The notes beneath the pieces were generated by a model. The model saw only the letters and a list, made by a program, of their open reading frames with translations, had not been told where the DNA came from and ran no database searches. From assembly GCA_963718545.1 (NCBI GenBank), contig CAVQZO010000003.1:591187-655186 (forward strand): DNA of 64,000 bases, read 5' to 3'. The DNA is from an uncultured Solirubrobacterales bacterium. Its GTDB lineage: Bacteria; Actinomycetota; Thermoleophilia; Solirubrobacterales; Solirubrobacteraceae. Below, piece after piece: positions 26,274-36,402 of this stretch. Made by a program: the position numbers and the translations under genes. The stretch's first letter is position 1, and the number at the start of each line of letters is the position of its first letter.

Positions 26274-27905
26274 GTGATGCTCGGGTTCGACGCGATGGAT
26301 CCGGCTCTGACGATGCAGCTGGCCGCCGCGGGTCGTCTGCCGACGTTCGCGCGGCTGCTGGGGGAGAGCTCTCGGCGCCCGACTCAGAACCCGCCGGGCC
26401 TGTTCGTCGGAAGCCTGTGGTCCACGTTCTTCACCGGACGGACTGCGGCCGAGACCGGCTTTCACTGCTGGGAGGAGATCGTTCCGGGCGGTTATGACAG
26501 GCGCGTCACGACCGCGGCGTCGATTCGCGGCAAGCCCTTCTGGGAGGCGCTCAGCGAGGCTGGGCGGCGCGTCGCCGTTCTGGACGTTCCGCACTCGCGG
26601 GCCGGAGCGTCACTGAATGGCGTACAGGTTTCGGAGTGGGGCTGCCACGACCGCCACTTCGGGCTGCGCAGTCACCCGCCCGGGCTCGCGGAGGAGCTGG
26701 TCGCGCGCTACGGGATCCACCCGGTCCTCAGCGTCGATCCCTTTGCCGAGCGCGAGTGGGCGCCCGACGACTATGTCTTCCGCGACGGCCGGCTGCGGAC
26801 CACCGCCGAGGAGCGGCAGCTGCTCGAAGCGCTGCTGGCCGGGGCCGATGCAAAGCGCCGGATGGGCGTGGATCTGCTCGCCGACGGTCCGTGGGATCTG
26901 TTCTTGAGCGTGTTTGGCGAGACGCACAGCGTCGGCCATCAGTCCTGGCATCTTCACGACTCGTCGCACCCCCGCTTCGACCCTCGCGCGCGTGATGTGG
27001 TTGGCGATCCGGTTGTCCAGGTCTACGAGAAGATGGACGAGGCGCTGGCCGCCCACGTCGCACACATCGACCCGGACGCGACCCTGCTCGTGCTGCTCAG
27101 CCACGGGATGGCGGCGCATCATGACGGCACCCATCTGCTCCCGGAGATCCTGCGCCGGCTTGACGCCATCCACCGGGCGGTGGGCCTGGGGCGCTCTCGG
27201 GGTGGACGTGCGCTGGGCAGCGCGTGGAACGCGATGCCGCCCGGGCTGCGCGCCGCGAGCCGGAAGCCACTCGCGGCATTGCTGCGCCGGCATCGCGGCG
27301 AGCGTGAATTCGAGGCTCCACCGGAGTACGAGACACCGGAGCAGCGTCAGACCCAGGCCTTCTTCATGAGCCCGAACAACTACGCGGTCGGCGGCGTGCG
27401 CTTCAACCTCGCCGGCCGTGAGGCGAGTGGGCGCGTTCAGCCCGGGCGCGAGCTCGGCGAGCTGTGTCGTCGTCTCCAGGACGATCTGCTGGCGCTCGTC
27501 AACGTCGATACCGGTACGAGCGTGATCGATCGTGTCGAGCGTTCGGATGCGCATTACGAGCGCGCGGCGCTGGATGGGATTCCGGACCTGTTCCTGCAGT
27601 GGAATCACCAACATCCGATCGAGACCGTTTGGTCGCCCCGCTTCGGGATGATCGGCGGTAGATACACCCACTGGCGCACGGGGGATCATTCACCGGAGGG
27701 GCTGCTGCTGGAGCGATCTCCTCGGGTGGCGGCGGGCTCTGAACTGCCACCCATCGCGATCCATGAGCTCGGTGCGATGATCTCAGCCGAGCTGGGCGTT
27801 ACATCGGTGTTATCGACCGTCCAGTACAGGCCGGGCGGACCGCCGCCAGCCAGGCCGGGGGCCGCTACCCGTAGACCAGTGATCCCTGGGCCTGAGCGCG
27901 GGTGA
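26274..27905 (+). CDS. Alkaline phosphatase superfamily / type I phosphodiesterase-like protein
   Basis: LGFDAMD, WSTFFTG, ETHSVGH, SHG, GDH metal-binding-type motifs. Confidence 0.8.
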   Translation: MMLGFDAMDPALTMQLAAAGRLPTFARLLGESSRRPTQNPPGLFVGSLWSTFFTGRTAAETGFHCWEEIVPGGYDRRVTTAASIRGKPFWEALSEAGRRVAVLDVPHSRAGASLNGVQVSEWGCHDRHFGLRSHPPGLAEELVARYGIHPVLSVDPFAEREWAPDDYVFRDGRLRTTAEERQLLEALLAGADAKRRMGVDLLADGPWDLFLSVFGETHSVGHQSWHLHDSSHPRFDPRARDVVGDPVVQVYEKMDEALAAHVAHIDPDATLLVLLSHGMAAHHDGTHLLPEILRRLDAIHRAVGLGRSRGGRALGSAWNAMPPGLRAASRKPLAALLRRHRGEREFEAPPEYETPEQRQTQAFFMSPNNYAVGGVRFNLAGREASGRVQPGRELGELCRRLQDDLLALVNVDTGTSVIDRVERSDAHYERAALDGIPDLFLQWNHQHPIETVWSPRFGMIGGRYTHWRTGDHSPEGLLLERSPRVAAGSELPPIAIHELGAMISAELGVTSVLSTVQYRPGGPPPARPGAATRRPVIPGPERG

Positions 27906-29016
27906 TCGGCCGCTTGCCCCAGCGGCTGTGCGTGGCGAAATCCAGCAGCCGATCCAGGTAATCGCTAAGAGGCGTGGCGTGTATCCCCAGAGGCTCGAGC
28001 AGGGCCCGGGTCTGGCGGTTGTCGAACCTGGTCTGCACTGAGAAGTACGGGAAATACGCGGCGGCTTCGGCGAACACCCGTTGGCGCACCGGGTCCACGG
28101 CGCCCAGATCGAAGTCCGCCGGGGGGATGAGCTGCGGGGTCGGCTGGTCGAAGTAGTCGCTGGCGATCGAGGCGATCTCGCCGAGGGTGGTCGTGGCCGC
28201 TCCGGCCGTCAGGTGGTAGGTGTGACCGGCAGCGTCCGGGTGGCCGGCGAGGGCGTGGATCGCATCGGCGACGTAGTCGACAGGGACGACATCCACCGGC
28301 GACGTCGGGACCGCCGGTACCGCGCTGAGCAGGCCCTTCGAGAAGGCGCGGAGGGGCCAGTAGATGACGTTGAAGGCGGCCGTCCAGCCAGTCGCGCGGT
28401 CGCCGACGACGATGCTCGGGCGCAGAACGGTTACGGGCAGGCGCTGGGTTGCCCGCAGCAGCAGCTCTGCCTCACATTTGGACTGCTCGTAGGGGTTGCG
28501 GAATCCCTGACCCAGATACAGGTCCTTCTCGAAGAAGCGGCCGGGATGCGTTCCGGACACGAACGCCGTCGAGACGTGGACATACCGCTCCAAACCTCCA
28601 CGCTGCATTGCGCTCTGGGCGAACGAGAGCATTTCGCTCGTGCCGCCGACGTTGACCTCCCGGGCGCACGCAAGCGACTGGGCGAACGAGACGGATGCGG
28701 CACAGTGCACGACGGTTCGGGTGCGCTCAGCCAGCTCGCGCAGCTTCTCGTCAGGTAGTCCAAGGCCCGGCCGGGAAACGTCCGCTGCAATCGCCTGTAC
28801 CCGTCCTTCGTGGTCGGCCGCGGGGTCGCCCAGGGCGTCCGCGATCGTGTCGTCGATCCGCTGCTGAGCCCGCTCGTCATCAGGGGCGCGGACCAGGGCG
28901 ATGACGTCCCGCGTGTCCTGCTGGAGGCAGCGAACCAGCACTTCGATGCCCAGGAAGCCGGTTGCCCCGGTGAGGAGAAGCTCGCCCCCTGGATCGGTGT
29001 GAGGTCCTGGCGTCAC
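27865..29016 (-). CDS. Thioester reductase / fatty acyl-CoA reductase-like extended SDR
   Basis: TGATGFLG, HCAASVSF, HVSTAFV, YEQSK (YxxxK), RPSIV. Confidence 0.85.
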   Translation of the reverse strand: MTPGPHTDPGGELLLTGATGFLGIEVLVRCLQQDTRDVIALVRAPDDERAQQRIDDTIADALGDPAADHEGRVQAIAADVSRPGLGLPDEKLRELAERTRTVVHCAASVSFAQSLACAREVNVGGTSEMLSFAQSAMQRGGLERYVHVSTAFVSGTHPGRFFEKDLYLGQGFRNPYEQSKCEAELLLRATQRLPVTVLRPSIVVGDRATGWTAAFNVIYWPLRAFSKGLLSAVPAVPTSPVDVVPVDYVADAIHALAGHPDAAGHTYHLTAGAATTTLGEIASIASDYFDQPTPQLIPPADFDLGAVDPVRQRVFAEAAAYFPYFSVQTRFDNRQTRALLEPLGIHATPLSDYLDRLLDFATHSRWGKRPITRAQAQGSLVYG

Positions 29017-29945
29017 GCGGCGGCGCTCGTGAGGTCGGGCAGGTCGCGGTTAGTGGAGACCTGCTCGCGAGCAGCTTGCCGCGTCGGGCTGATCTCGATC
29101 ACGTTCCATGCCAGGTGAGTCCGGCGCATCAGGCGGATCACCCATCCGGTCGGGTCGAGCAGAGCCTCCGAGGGCCTGAGCCCGTGGAAGGCGGAGCGGG
29201 CGAAGGCGTGATGGTTGTGGTGCCAGGCCTCGCCCAGCGATGGCAGGGCCAGCCAGATCACATTGGTGGAGTGGTCATCGATGGCGAAGCGCCGGCCACC
29301 GAAGAAGTGGCAGACGCTGTTCACCGACCAGGTCAGGTGGTGGATGAGGAAGACGCGGACCAGGCCGCCCCAGAGCAGGGCGGTCAGCGCGCCGACCCAG
29401 GTGCCGGTCAGCGCCAGCCCAAGCAGGAACGGGAGCACGAACGTCCCCAGGGCCAGCCAGTGATAGTGGCGATGGAGGCCCCGCATGAACGGGTCCTCGT
29501 AGAGCTCAGGCGCGTACTTGCGCCCGTCAGCCTGCCCCTGGGTCCGCCACAGCCAGCCCACGTGGGCATGCCACAGGCCACTCAGGCTGCCGCGCAGTCC
29601 GGCGCCGCGACCGACGTGGGGGCTGTGGGGATCTCCGTCGCGATCTGTGTGCGCGTGGTGCTTGCGGTGGTCGGCCACCCAATCCGACGGCGAGCCCTGC
29701 AGGGCGAGTGCGCCGGCCAGCGCCAGGCCGCGCTCCACGGTGCGATAGGTCGCAAACGCGCGATGTGTCATGAGCCGGTGGTAGCCGACCGTGATCCCGA
29801 ACCCCGTGATCAGGTAGAGCGCCAATCCGATCAGCACGTCATACAGATGCAGGGCACTGCCCCACAGGATCGGGACGCTGACGGCGATCCCGAGCGGAGG
29901 GATCAGTACCGCGGCGAGGTTGACGTTTCGTTCAAGCCGAGTCAC
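29013..29945 (-). CDS. Membrane acyl-CoA/acyl-lipid desaturase (delta-9 type)
   Basis: His boxes GYHRLMTH, DHRKHH, WHHNHH; DPHSP; NSVCH. Confidence 0.92.
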   Translation of the reverse strand: MTRLERNVNLAAVLIPPLGIAVSVPILWGSALHLYDVLIGLALYLITGFGITVGYHRLMTHRAFATYRTVERGLALAGALALQGSPSDWVADHRKHHAHTDRDGDPHSPHVGRGAGLRGSLSGLWHAHVGWLWRTQGQADGRKYAPELYEDPFMRGLHRHYHWLALGTFVLPFLLGLALTGTWVGALTALLWGGLVRVFLIHHLTWSVNSVCHFFGGRRFAIDDHSTNVIWLALPSLGEAWHHNHHAFARSAFHGLRPSEALLDPTGWVIRLMRRTHLAWNVIEISPTRQAAREQVSTNRDLPDLTSAAA

Positions 29946-30019
29946 GAAACCTAGACTACGAAACAAATTCGACTGCTTCTCGGTCAGATATAGACAGATG
30001 CCAGGTCATTTCTTATGCT

Positions 30020-31162
30020 GTGGACATAAGACCTGGCCTTCATCCTGCGGCCGCCGCCGCAATCGAGCCGCACCTGTCCGAACTCGCCGAGGAGATCATC
30101 GCGGCGATCCGAGAGGAGGTGCCCGTCTATGCGGGTCCGCTGAAGGGGCCGTTCGGCGAAGGGATCCGTCAGGGTGTGGTCCAGGCGCTGACCCGGTTCC
30201 TGGCCGGCAACGAGCCCGAGGCAGACTCCGGCCGCATCAATCGGGCACTCGGGCGCGGCGAGCACCGGGCCGGCCGTAGTCTCGATGCCCTCCAGGCGGC
30301 ATACCGGGTCGGGGCGCGGGTCGCCTGGCGGCGAGTGAGCCGGCTGGCGGCCGAAGCCGGCGTTCCTGTCGAGAGCCAGCACGAGCTGGCCGAAGCGATC
30401 TTCGCCTACATCGACCAGCTCTCGGCCGAATCGGTGGAGGGTTACGCACAGGCCCAGGCCGCCCAGGCCGCCAGCCTCCAACGGCACCGAGAAGAGATGC
30501 TGAGGCTGCTCACCGCAGAGGCCCCGGCCCCGCTGCAGAAGCTGCAGGACGCAGCGGCACGAGCGGAGTGGCGACTTCCGCCCCGGATCGCGATGATCGC
30601 CTGCGAGCCGGATGCCACGGCGAGGATCACCCGCCTCCTCAGTGGCCACGCGATCCACTCCGCGGACCAACTCCAGGGCCACATCTGCACCCCGGAGTCC
30701 GGACGCCTGGACCAGGAACTGACCGCCGCAGCGCGCCGGCACCACGTGGCGATCGGGCTCGGACCAACCGTCGCGATCACCGAAGCCAATCGCTCCGCGC
30801 GCTGGGCACTGTTGGCCATGCGGAGCGCTGAACCCGGCGGTGTCGTCCAAGCCGACCAGCAACTGGAGCGGCTGATCCTCGGCGCCTCCCCGGAGATCGC
30901 CACCGCGCTCCGTCTGCAAGCCCTCCAGCCACTCGACCATGAGACCCCGGCCAGCCGTAAACGCCTCGAAGGAACTCTGCTCGCCTGGCTTCGCCACCAC
31001 GGTGCCCAGGCCGCCATCGCGGCCGAACTCGGCATCCACCCGCAGACGGTTCGTTACCGGATGGGCCGGCTGCGCGAGTTGTTCGGGCCGGACCTGGACA
31101 ACCCGGACAAGCGCTTCCAGCTACAGCTGGCCCTGCACGCAGCCAGCCAGGCGGGCGGTTGA
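30020..31162 (+). CDS. PucR/CdaR-family transcriptional regulator
   Basis: GRSLDALQAAYRVGAR; C-terminal HTH AAELGIHPQTVRYR. Confidence 0.92.
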   Translation: MDIRPGLHPAAAAAIEPHLSELAEEIIAAIREEVPVYAGPLKGPFGEGIRQGVVQALTRFLAGNEPEADSGRINRALGRGEHRAGRSLDALQAAYRVGARVAWRRVSRLAAEAGVPVESQHELAEAIFAYIDQLSAESVEGYAQAQAAQAASLQRHREEMLRLLTAEAPAPLQKLQDAAARAEWRLPPRIAMIACEPDATARITRLLSGHAIHSADQLQGHICTPESGRLDQELTAAARRHHVAIGLGPTVAITEANRSARWALLAMRSAEPGGVVQADQQLERLILGASPEIATALRLQALQPLDHETPASRKRLEGTLLAWLRHHGAQAAIAAELGIHPQTVRYRMGRLRELFGPDLDNPDKRFQLQLALHAASQAGG

Positions 31163-31186
31163 TCTTTTCGAGTACCGCTCACGTCC

Positions 31187-31513
31187 TTGGGCGACAATCC
31201 GCTCATGGTCTCGCGCCGGGGCAGAGCCACCGTGGTGGGCCTCATCGTGGTCGTGGCGGTCGTCGCCTTCCTGTATACGAACGGCCGACTCGATCCGCTG
31301 CTGTACCGCTTCGGCCTCAATCACAACCCGTGCACCCACTCCGTCTCCGGTTCGGTCGTGTGCGGCCCGAACATCACCGGAACGCCCTTCAGCACCAATC
31401 AGGCCGGGGGAGGCGGTGGAGGCGGCTCTTCCGGCAACCCGGCCAGTGCGGCGGGCAGCGTCGGGCAGAGCGACAACAACTCCGTCGGGAAGTCGGGCAG
31501 CTCCGTTCCGTAG
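31187..31513 (+). CDS. Small membrane-anchored/secreted hypothetical protein
   Basis: N-terminal TM; Cys pair PCTHSVSGSVVCG; Gly/Ser-rich tail. Confidence 0.55.
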   Translation: MGDNPLMVSRRGRATVVGLIVVVAVVAFLYTNGRLDPLLYRFGLNHNPCTHSVSGSVVCGPNITGTPFSTNQAGGGGGGGSSGNPASAAGSVGQSDNNSVGKSGSSVP

Positions 31514-31517
31514 CCGG

Positions 31518-33197
31518 TCAGGGGATGCTGACCGCCAGTGGGCTCGATGCGCCGGGCGCGTTGGTTCTATCGCGGTGGCTGCGGGCGACGACGGTGAAGC
31601 TTCCGGTCTGGCGGATCTCGACCTTCCCCTGGAAGGAGCCGTTGGTGACAGCCAGGCGTTTGTGAGCGATGGGCTTGCCGCGGTGCCTTGAGCCGGGGTA
31701 GACATCGATCGTTACGTGGGATCTGGGAGGTGAGATGGTCCCGCTGACTCGCAGGGGCGACGTTGACACGAGCTCGAGCGTGATCGCCGGAGCGATCTCG
31801 ACCTCCCGCCAGTCGCTGACCGTCGCCGGATAGGGCCGGTGCAGCGCCCGGAGCGCAGTGTTGTGTCGGAGAGTGATCGCGGTGCTCCAGGACCCCAGTG
31901 AGTCCGTCGTGGTGGCCAGCACCGTTCGTGCCCCGCCGCGCTCGAGTTGCTGCAACTCGATCGGAGCTCCCGCGAGCGGCGCATCCGTGAGCAACGCCAG
32001 CCGGCCGGAGACAGGAATAGCGACGCCCGCAGTCGCCACCTTTTGTGCAGAGTCGAGCTTGATGCGTGCCGGCGTGCCGGCCAGCCGGGTGATCCGGGGC
32101 CGGATCGACGGGAGCTTCGCGTAGAACGCGTTGCCTGGGCAATCGGTGGTATCGCCTTGCCGGTGACCGGCCACCCGCGGGAGCGAGACGTGCGCTCCGG
32201 GCCGGAAGGGCGTATAGAAGGCGGAGGCTGGATCGACGACCACCGTGACGTGGCCACTCGTCGGCGCCCCATGCAGGGAGAGCTTCCAGGCCAGCAGCCG
32301 CTCGAGCGCTCCACGGGCTGCCTTTGAGGGCACCACGTTCATGAAGTCGCCGAGCACCGCCACGCCCGTCGACTCCGCGTTATATCCGCCCGCCTGCGCG
32401 CCGATCACCGGCATGTCGATGCCTCCGGCCCGCGCCTCCCAGATCCGCCCGAACCGGTCGACCGCGAAGTTGTAGCCGATGTCCCACCAGCCGCGGACGT
32501 GAACGTGATAGGCGTAGATCGCCATCAGCATGGCCGGCACCTCGCGCGCGCCGTAACCGTTCGGGCTGGCGGTGTGGTGGACAAACGCCAGCTTGATCGA
32601 CCCGTACTCGGGCCTGTGATGCGGCCGTGCGTGGCCGCGAGCCCACGCCTTGCGCGCGATGATCGGCGGCTGCCCGGGGCCCGCCTCCAGCACCGGAAGC
32701 GCTTGCGGTAGGGCTCCCGCCGCGACGGCCGCCGTCACCGCCGGGGAAGCGGCGGGATCGGCCAGGCTGATGAGAGCCAGCCTTACGCCGTGAACTGGGC
32801 GATCGCTGCGCAACTGCACCCGGTCAGCCGTGCCCGTCCAGATCGGCTCTCCGAACAAGGAACCCGTGCGCCCGCCTTCGCTTGAGCTGTCAGGATCGTG
32901 TCCCAGGGTCGAAGCCATCGCCCAGGGACTCCAACGCCCATCACGCGCCTTGGCTCGCAGCTCTATCCGCGCCTCGCGGGGACCCTGCCATTCGACTCCC
33001 GCCAGTACGAACCGGCCGGTCGCGATAACCGGCTCCGACCCTCCCGACAGCGACCCGATCCACCGCCTCGACACCGCTGTCCCCGTAAGCGCCGCCGCGA
33101 CACCTGCTGCCGGGCGAACCAGCGAGACGGCACCCGCCGCCGCCAGCGCGCCAACCATGGTGCGACGGGTGATTTCCGGCGGCTCCCCCACCCCCAC
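31518..33197 (-). CDS. Tat-exported N-acetylmuramoyl-L-alanine amidase (PGRP/amidase_2)
   Basis: TRRTMVGA twin-Arg leader; FVHHTA, WDIGYNF.VD.FG.I.E.R, GHR...TDCPG. Start position approximate. Confidence 0.88.
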   Translation of the reverse strand: MGVGEPPEITRRTMVGALAAAGAVSLVRPAAGVAAALTGTAVSRRWIGSLSGGSEPVIATGRFVLAGVEWQGPREARIELRAKARDGRWSPWAMASTLGHDPDSSSEGGRTGSLFGEPIWTGTADRVQLRSDRPVHGVRLALISLADPAASPAVTAAVAAGALPQALPVLEAGPGQPPIIARKAWARGHARPHHRPEYGSIKLAFVHHTASPNGYGAREVPAMLMAIYAYHVHVRGWWDIGYNFAVDRFGRIWEARAGGIDMPVIGAQAGGYNAESTGVAVLGDFMNVVPSKAARGALERLLAWKLSLHGAPTSGHVTVVVDPASAFYTPFRPGAHVSLPRVAGHRQGDTTDCPGNAFYAKLPSIRPRITRLAGTPARIKLDSAQKVATAGVAIPVSGRLALLTDAPLAGAPIELQQLERGGARTVLATTTDSLGSWSTAITLRHNTALRALHRPYPATVSDWREVEIAPAITLELVSTSPLRVSGTISPPRSHVTIDVYPGSRHRGKPIAHKRLAVTNGSFQGKVEIRQTGSFTVVARSHRDRTNAPGASSPLAVSIP

Positions 33198-33378
33198 CAA
33201 GCTACCGCGCGTGGAGGCTATTTCAAGACGGGGGCGCAGTACTGCGGATAGGGACCATTCGGGCTCGTGCACGGGTGAGTCGGAATTAGTGCCCGGCTCC
33301 CGCACATGGGAGCTAGTGTCGCAGGGCGTCTGCGTACGGGCAGGCGAAATCCCCAACGCAAACTAAGGGAGGCTCGTG

Positions 33379-33768
33379 ATGAGCACGACCCTGAAGGGCG
33401 CCTGCTTGTGTGGAGGCGTGGAGTATGAGGTCCGCGACCCTGAGGCGATGGGCACATGCCACTGCACGCGATGCCAGCGATGGACGGGCTCGAGTCTGAC
33501 CGGCGTCGTCGTCGACGCAAGCAACTTCAAGATCACAAAAGGCGAGGATCTCGTCAAGCGCTACGAGAGCGAGTTTGCTCCGCGGCACTTCTGCAGCAAC
33601 TGTGGCTCGAGCCTGTACGACGATCTGGGTGGGAAATACTTTGTGGCCGCAGGGCTCATGCGCGAGCTCGATCTCGAGCCGGCCTTCCACCTTCAGGTCG
33701 CCTTCAAGGCAGACTGGGAGCAAATCGGTGATTCCGCGCCGCAGTTTGCTGAGGCGGCCCCGTCCTAG
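33379..33768 (+). CDS. GFA-family (CENP-V/Gfa) protein
   Basis: G.CLCG, CHCTRCQR, FCSNCGSSL. Confidence 0.92.
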   Translation: MSTTLKGACLCGGVEYEVRDPEAMGTCHCTRCQRWTGSSLTGVVVDASNFKITKGEDLVKRYESEFAPRHFCSNCGSSLYDDLGGKYFVAAGLMRELDLEPAFHLQVAFKADWEQIGDSAPQFAEAAPS

Positions 33769-33789
33769 CCGCTCTCGAAGCTTCCGCAG

Positions 33790-33925
33790 CACACTCATAT
33801 CCCGCGGCGGAACGCTCGAGCAACTCGCCGCTGAGCTGCGTAGCGACGGGCCTGAGATCGAGGCGGTGGCCGCAGACATCGATGATCTGGATGGCTACCG
33901 TGCGACGCTCGACACCGCGACGTAA
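33790..33925 (+). pseudogene. Probable SDR oxidoreductase internal fragment
   Basis: ISRGGTLEQLAAELRSDGPEIEAVAADIDDLDGYRATL resembles the SDR beta2-beta3 region; no start or Rossmann N-terminus. Confidence 0.45.
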
Positions 33926-34023
33926 CGGAGTGGTTCACACGGCGTGGGCGCTGGGTCCACTATGCGGCGCGCTGCAGGGCCAGCTCGAGCCGCTTGGTAA
34001 TGGGCTGACTTAGAGTTTCTGGT

Positions 34024-34782
34024 GTGAACCCGATCTCGACAGAAGGTCAGGAGTCCCAGGTCGAATTGCCTGGCTCATTCAAAAACGTCCGGCTGCTCGG
34101 TCCGCCAATCGTCGACGGTGAGTACGTCGCGCTCGGCAACGAGGACATCGTTCACCTGCACGACTACACCCGGATCTACGCCGTGCCCGGCCTCTACGAG
34201 CATGTCGTACAGGAACGGCTGCAGTGCCGCTCGCCCCAGGTTGCGGTCGAGGGATTCCTGCTGATGGTCGCGCGGCTAGGTTTGGAGGCAAGCTCGATGA
34301 CGGTTCTCGACGTCGGCGCCGGCACGGGTTTGGTTGGCGAGCTGTTGCGTTGCCGTGGGGTGGGCCGAGTGATTGGTGTTGACGCTTTGCCGGCGGGGCG
34401 CACTGCCTGCATACGCGACCGCCCGGGTGTTTATGCCGACTACGTCGTCGGCGATCTCGCCTCGCGCGACTCGGCGTTTTGCACGGCGCTCCACGAGCAC
34501 GTGCTCGAAGGGCTTGTGTCGGCCGGAGCGTTCGGCGGCACTCACGCGCCGCCCACCGCGCTTGCCAGTGCGCTGGCGACCCTTCCCGCCGGCGCCCCGG
34601 TCGCTCTGACGATCGACGAACGGTGGCTTGAGCCCTCGGACCGGGATGGCTTCGGCGCTGCGCTCCAGCAGTTGATGACTACGGGTGCTCTCAAAGTGAT
34701 CGAACGGACACGGTTTCGACATCGGATCACGACTACCGGGCGGCCGATCTTCTACGAGCTGCTGTTGGGCATGACCGGGTAA
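34024..34782 (+). CDS. Class I SAM-dependent methyltransferase
   Basis: VLDVGAGTG motif I; GVD; GDL. Confidence 0.85.
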   Translation: MNPISTEGQESQVELPGSFKNVRLLGPPIVDGEYVALGNEDIVHLHDYTRIYAVPGLYEHVVQERLQCRSPQVAVEGFLLMVARLGLEASSMTVLDVGAGTGLVGELLRCRGVGRVIGVDALPAGRTACIRDRPGVYADYVVGDLASRDSAFCTALHEHVLEGLVSAGAFGGTHAPPTALASALATLPAGAPVALTIDERWLEPSDRDGFGAALQQLMTTGALKVIERTRFRHRITTTGRPIFYELLLGMTG

Positions 34783-34831
34783 GGGTGGGCTCCCCGGGTC
34801 GCGCGGTCGGGCACCCAGCTCGGTCCGGTCC

Positions 34832-35794
34832 TCACCGGCGCGGAATCCGGCGCAGCAACGGCATCCGGACCAACCGGTCTCGAGCGCGCCAGGTTCGGGA
34901 GGCTTGGATGGCACCGAGTCGGGCTCTGAGGTCGGCCGCCTCGGCGCGTGCCTGCTGTTCGGACGCCCTGAGTTCCTCCTCTCGATCGGCCTGCGCGTCG
35001 GCCTCGAGGCGCAGACGGACGGCCGCTCGCCAACCGGCCGCCGCCGCCGCGGCGGCCAACTCGGCCTCGAAGCCGGGCTCCCGAGTGCGCTGCAGCCAAG
35101 CTATGACCTCCGCCCGGCGCTCGCCAGGAGTCATATCGCCTCGCGCTGCGGCCTCGAACTTGAGCACCGTCAAATGGTCTCCAGTCGCATAGCGAAAGCC
35201 GCGATGAGCGAACCACTGCTGCCACATATAGTGGTCCGACCAGCGCCCGGGCGGGGCTTCGCGCCAACCGTGACGAAGCTGGCGATAGGCGTCGAGTCGA
35301 TGACCGACGCCCGACAAGGACACAGCATTGCGAGAGGGGTGCTGGTGCCAGAGCCGGCACCGCGGGTCGGCCAGATCGGTCACGTGCGCAAGGAGTTCTC
35401 CCCGCCGGTCAATGAACACCGGGAGCGGATGAAAGAAGTCGACGGCCTGCAACCGGTCCACGGTCCTCGCCACATGATCGGGCAGCATGATGTCGTCGTC
35501 GCCCAGGTAGCAGATGTACGGCGAGGTCGCTTGTGAGAGCACCTCGTGACGGACCAGCTCGGCACGGCTCCGCGTCTTCGGCCGGTCGATGAAACGCACG
35601 CGCCCGTCGCTCAGTAGAGGGTCCAGGGCCTTGCGCACATCGTTCGAGGCGCCGTCTCCGATGACCACGAGCTCGAGTGACCGAACTGACTGTTCGAGAA
35701 CGCTTTGACACGCCAGGTCGACCGTGCTGGCGTGGCTGTGGGTGGGAACGATTACCGTGACCAGGGGACCGTCCGGCCGGGTCGCGTCAGTCAC
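34832..35794 (-). CDS. Glycosyltransferase family 2/A with C-terminal coiled coil
   Basis: VTVIVPTH, VIGDG, CYLGDDD; GTGA overlap with the upstream gene. Confidence 0.85.
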   Translation of the reverse strand: MTDATRPDGPLVTVIVPTHSHASTVDLACQSVLEQSVRSLELVVIGDGASNDVRKALDPLLSDGRVRFIDRPKTRSRAELVRHEVLSQATSPYICYLGDDDIMLPDHVARTVDRLQAVDFFHPLPVFIDRRGELLAHVTDLADPRCRLWHQHPSRNAVSLSGVGHRLDAYRQLRHGWREAPPGRWSDHYMWQQWFAHRGFRYATGDHLTVLKFEAAARGDMTPGERRAEVIAWLQRTREPGFEAELAAAAAAAGWRAAVRLRLEADAQADREEELRASEQQARAEAADLRARLGAIQASRTWRARDRLVRMPLLRRIPRR

Positions 35795-36339
35795 CAACGA
35801 AACGGCACTACCTCCCCGGCCTCCGGGGAGTCGTAGGGCATGTCCAGAGCGTCCGGATGCTCGTAGGTGTACGCCTCGGAGGGCATGTTGACAATGAAGG
35901 CCTCATCGATTCCCAGATTCTTCCAGCCGTGATAGAGGTTCGGCGGAATGACCAGCAGCCCGGGGTTGCGTTCGCTTACGCGGAACTCGTTGAGGCTGCC
36001 CACCGTCGGCGAGGCCGCCCGTCCGTCGTAGACGATGATCGACACCAGTCCGCGGACGACGAACAACCGGTCGGTGGAGCGCCTGTGCAATCCCCACGCT
36101 CGCACCCGTCCGGCCATCGTGGTCGTCAAATGCACCTGGACGATCGGCTGATCGAGCTCATCCCATCCGGCACGCGCGATCTCGGTCAGCGTGCCGTCCT
36201 CGTGAGGGACCGGGCGCGACGGCCGAAATTCAACGCCGTCGATCGGCTCCTGCCGCAACCCTCCACCGTGATCCACCGCGGATGATTTATTAACCAGCCG
36301 CTCCAGCCCGATGACCTCATCCGGGTTGGGCTCGACCAT
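35791..36339 (-). CDS. RmlC-like cupin (dTDP-4-dehydrorhamnose 3,5-epimerase family)
   Basis: HEDG.LTE, VRAWGLH, IPPNLYHG motifs. Confidence 0.82.
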   Translation of the reverse strand: MVEPNPDEVIGLERLVNKSSAVDHGGGLRQEPIDGVEFRPSRPVPHEDGTLTEIARAGWDELDQPIVQVHLTTTMAGRVRAWGLHRRSTDRLFVVRGLVSIIVYDGRAASPTVGSLNEFRVSERNPGLLVIPPNLYHGWKNLGIDEAFIVNMPSEAYTYEHPDALDMPYDSPEAGEVVPFRW

Positions 36340-36402
36340 CGGCCAAATGTACCGCCGTCAACCGAGGGGGAACCGAAACTCGGGGCGCCCCAGCGGTGCT
36401 CG

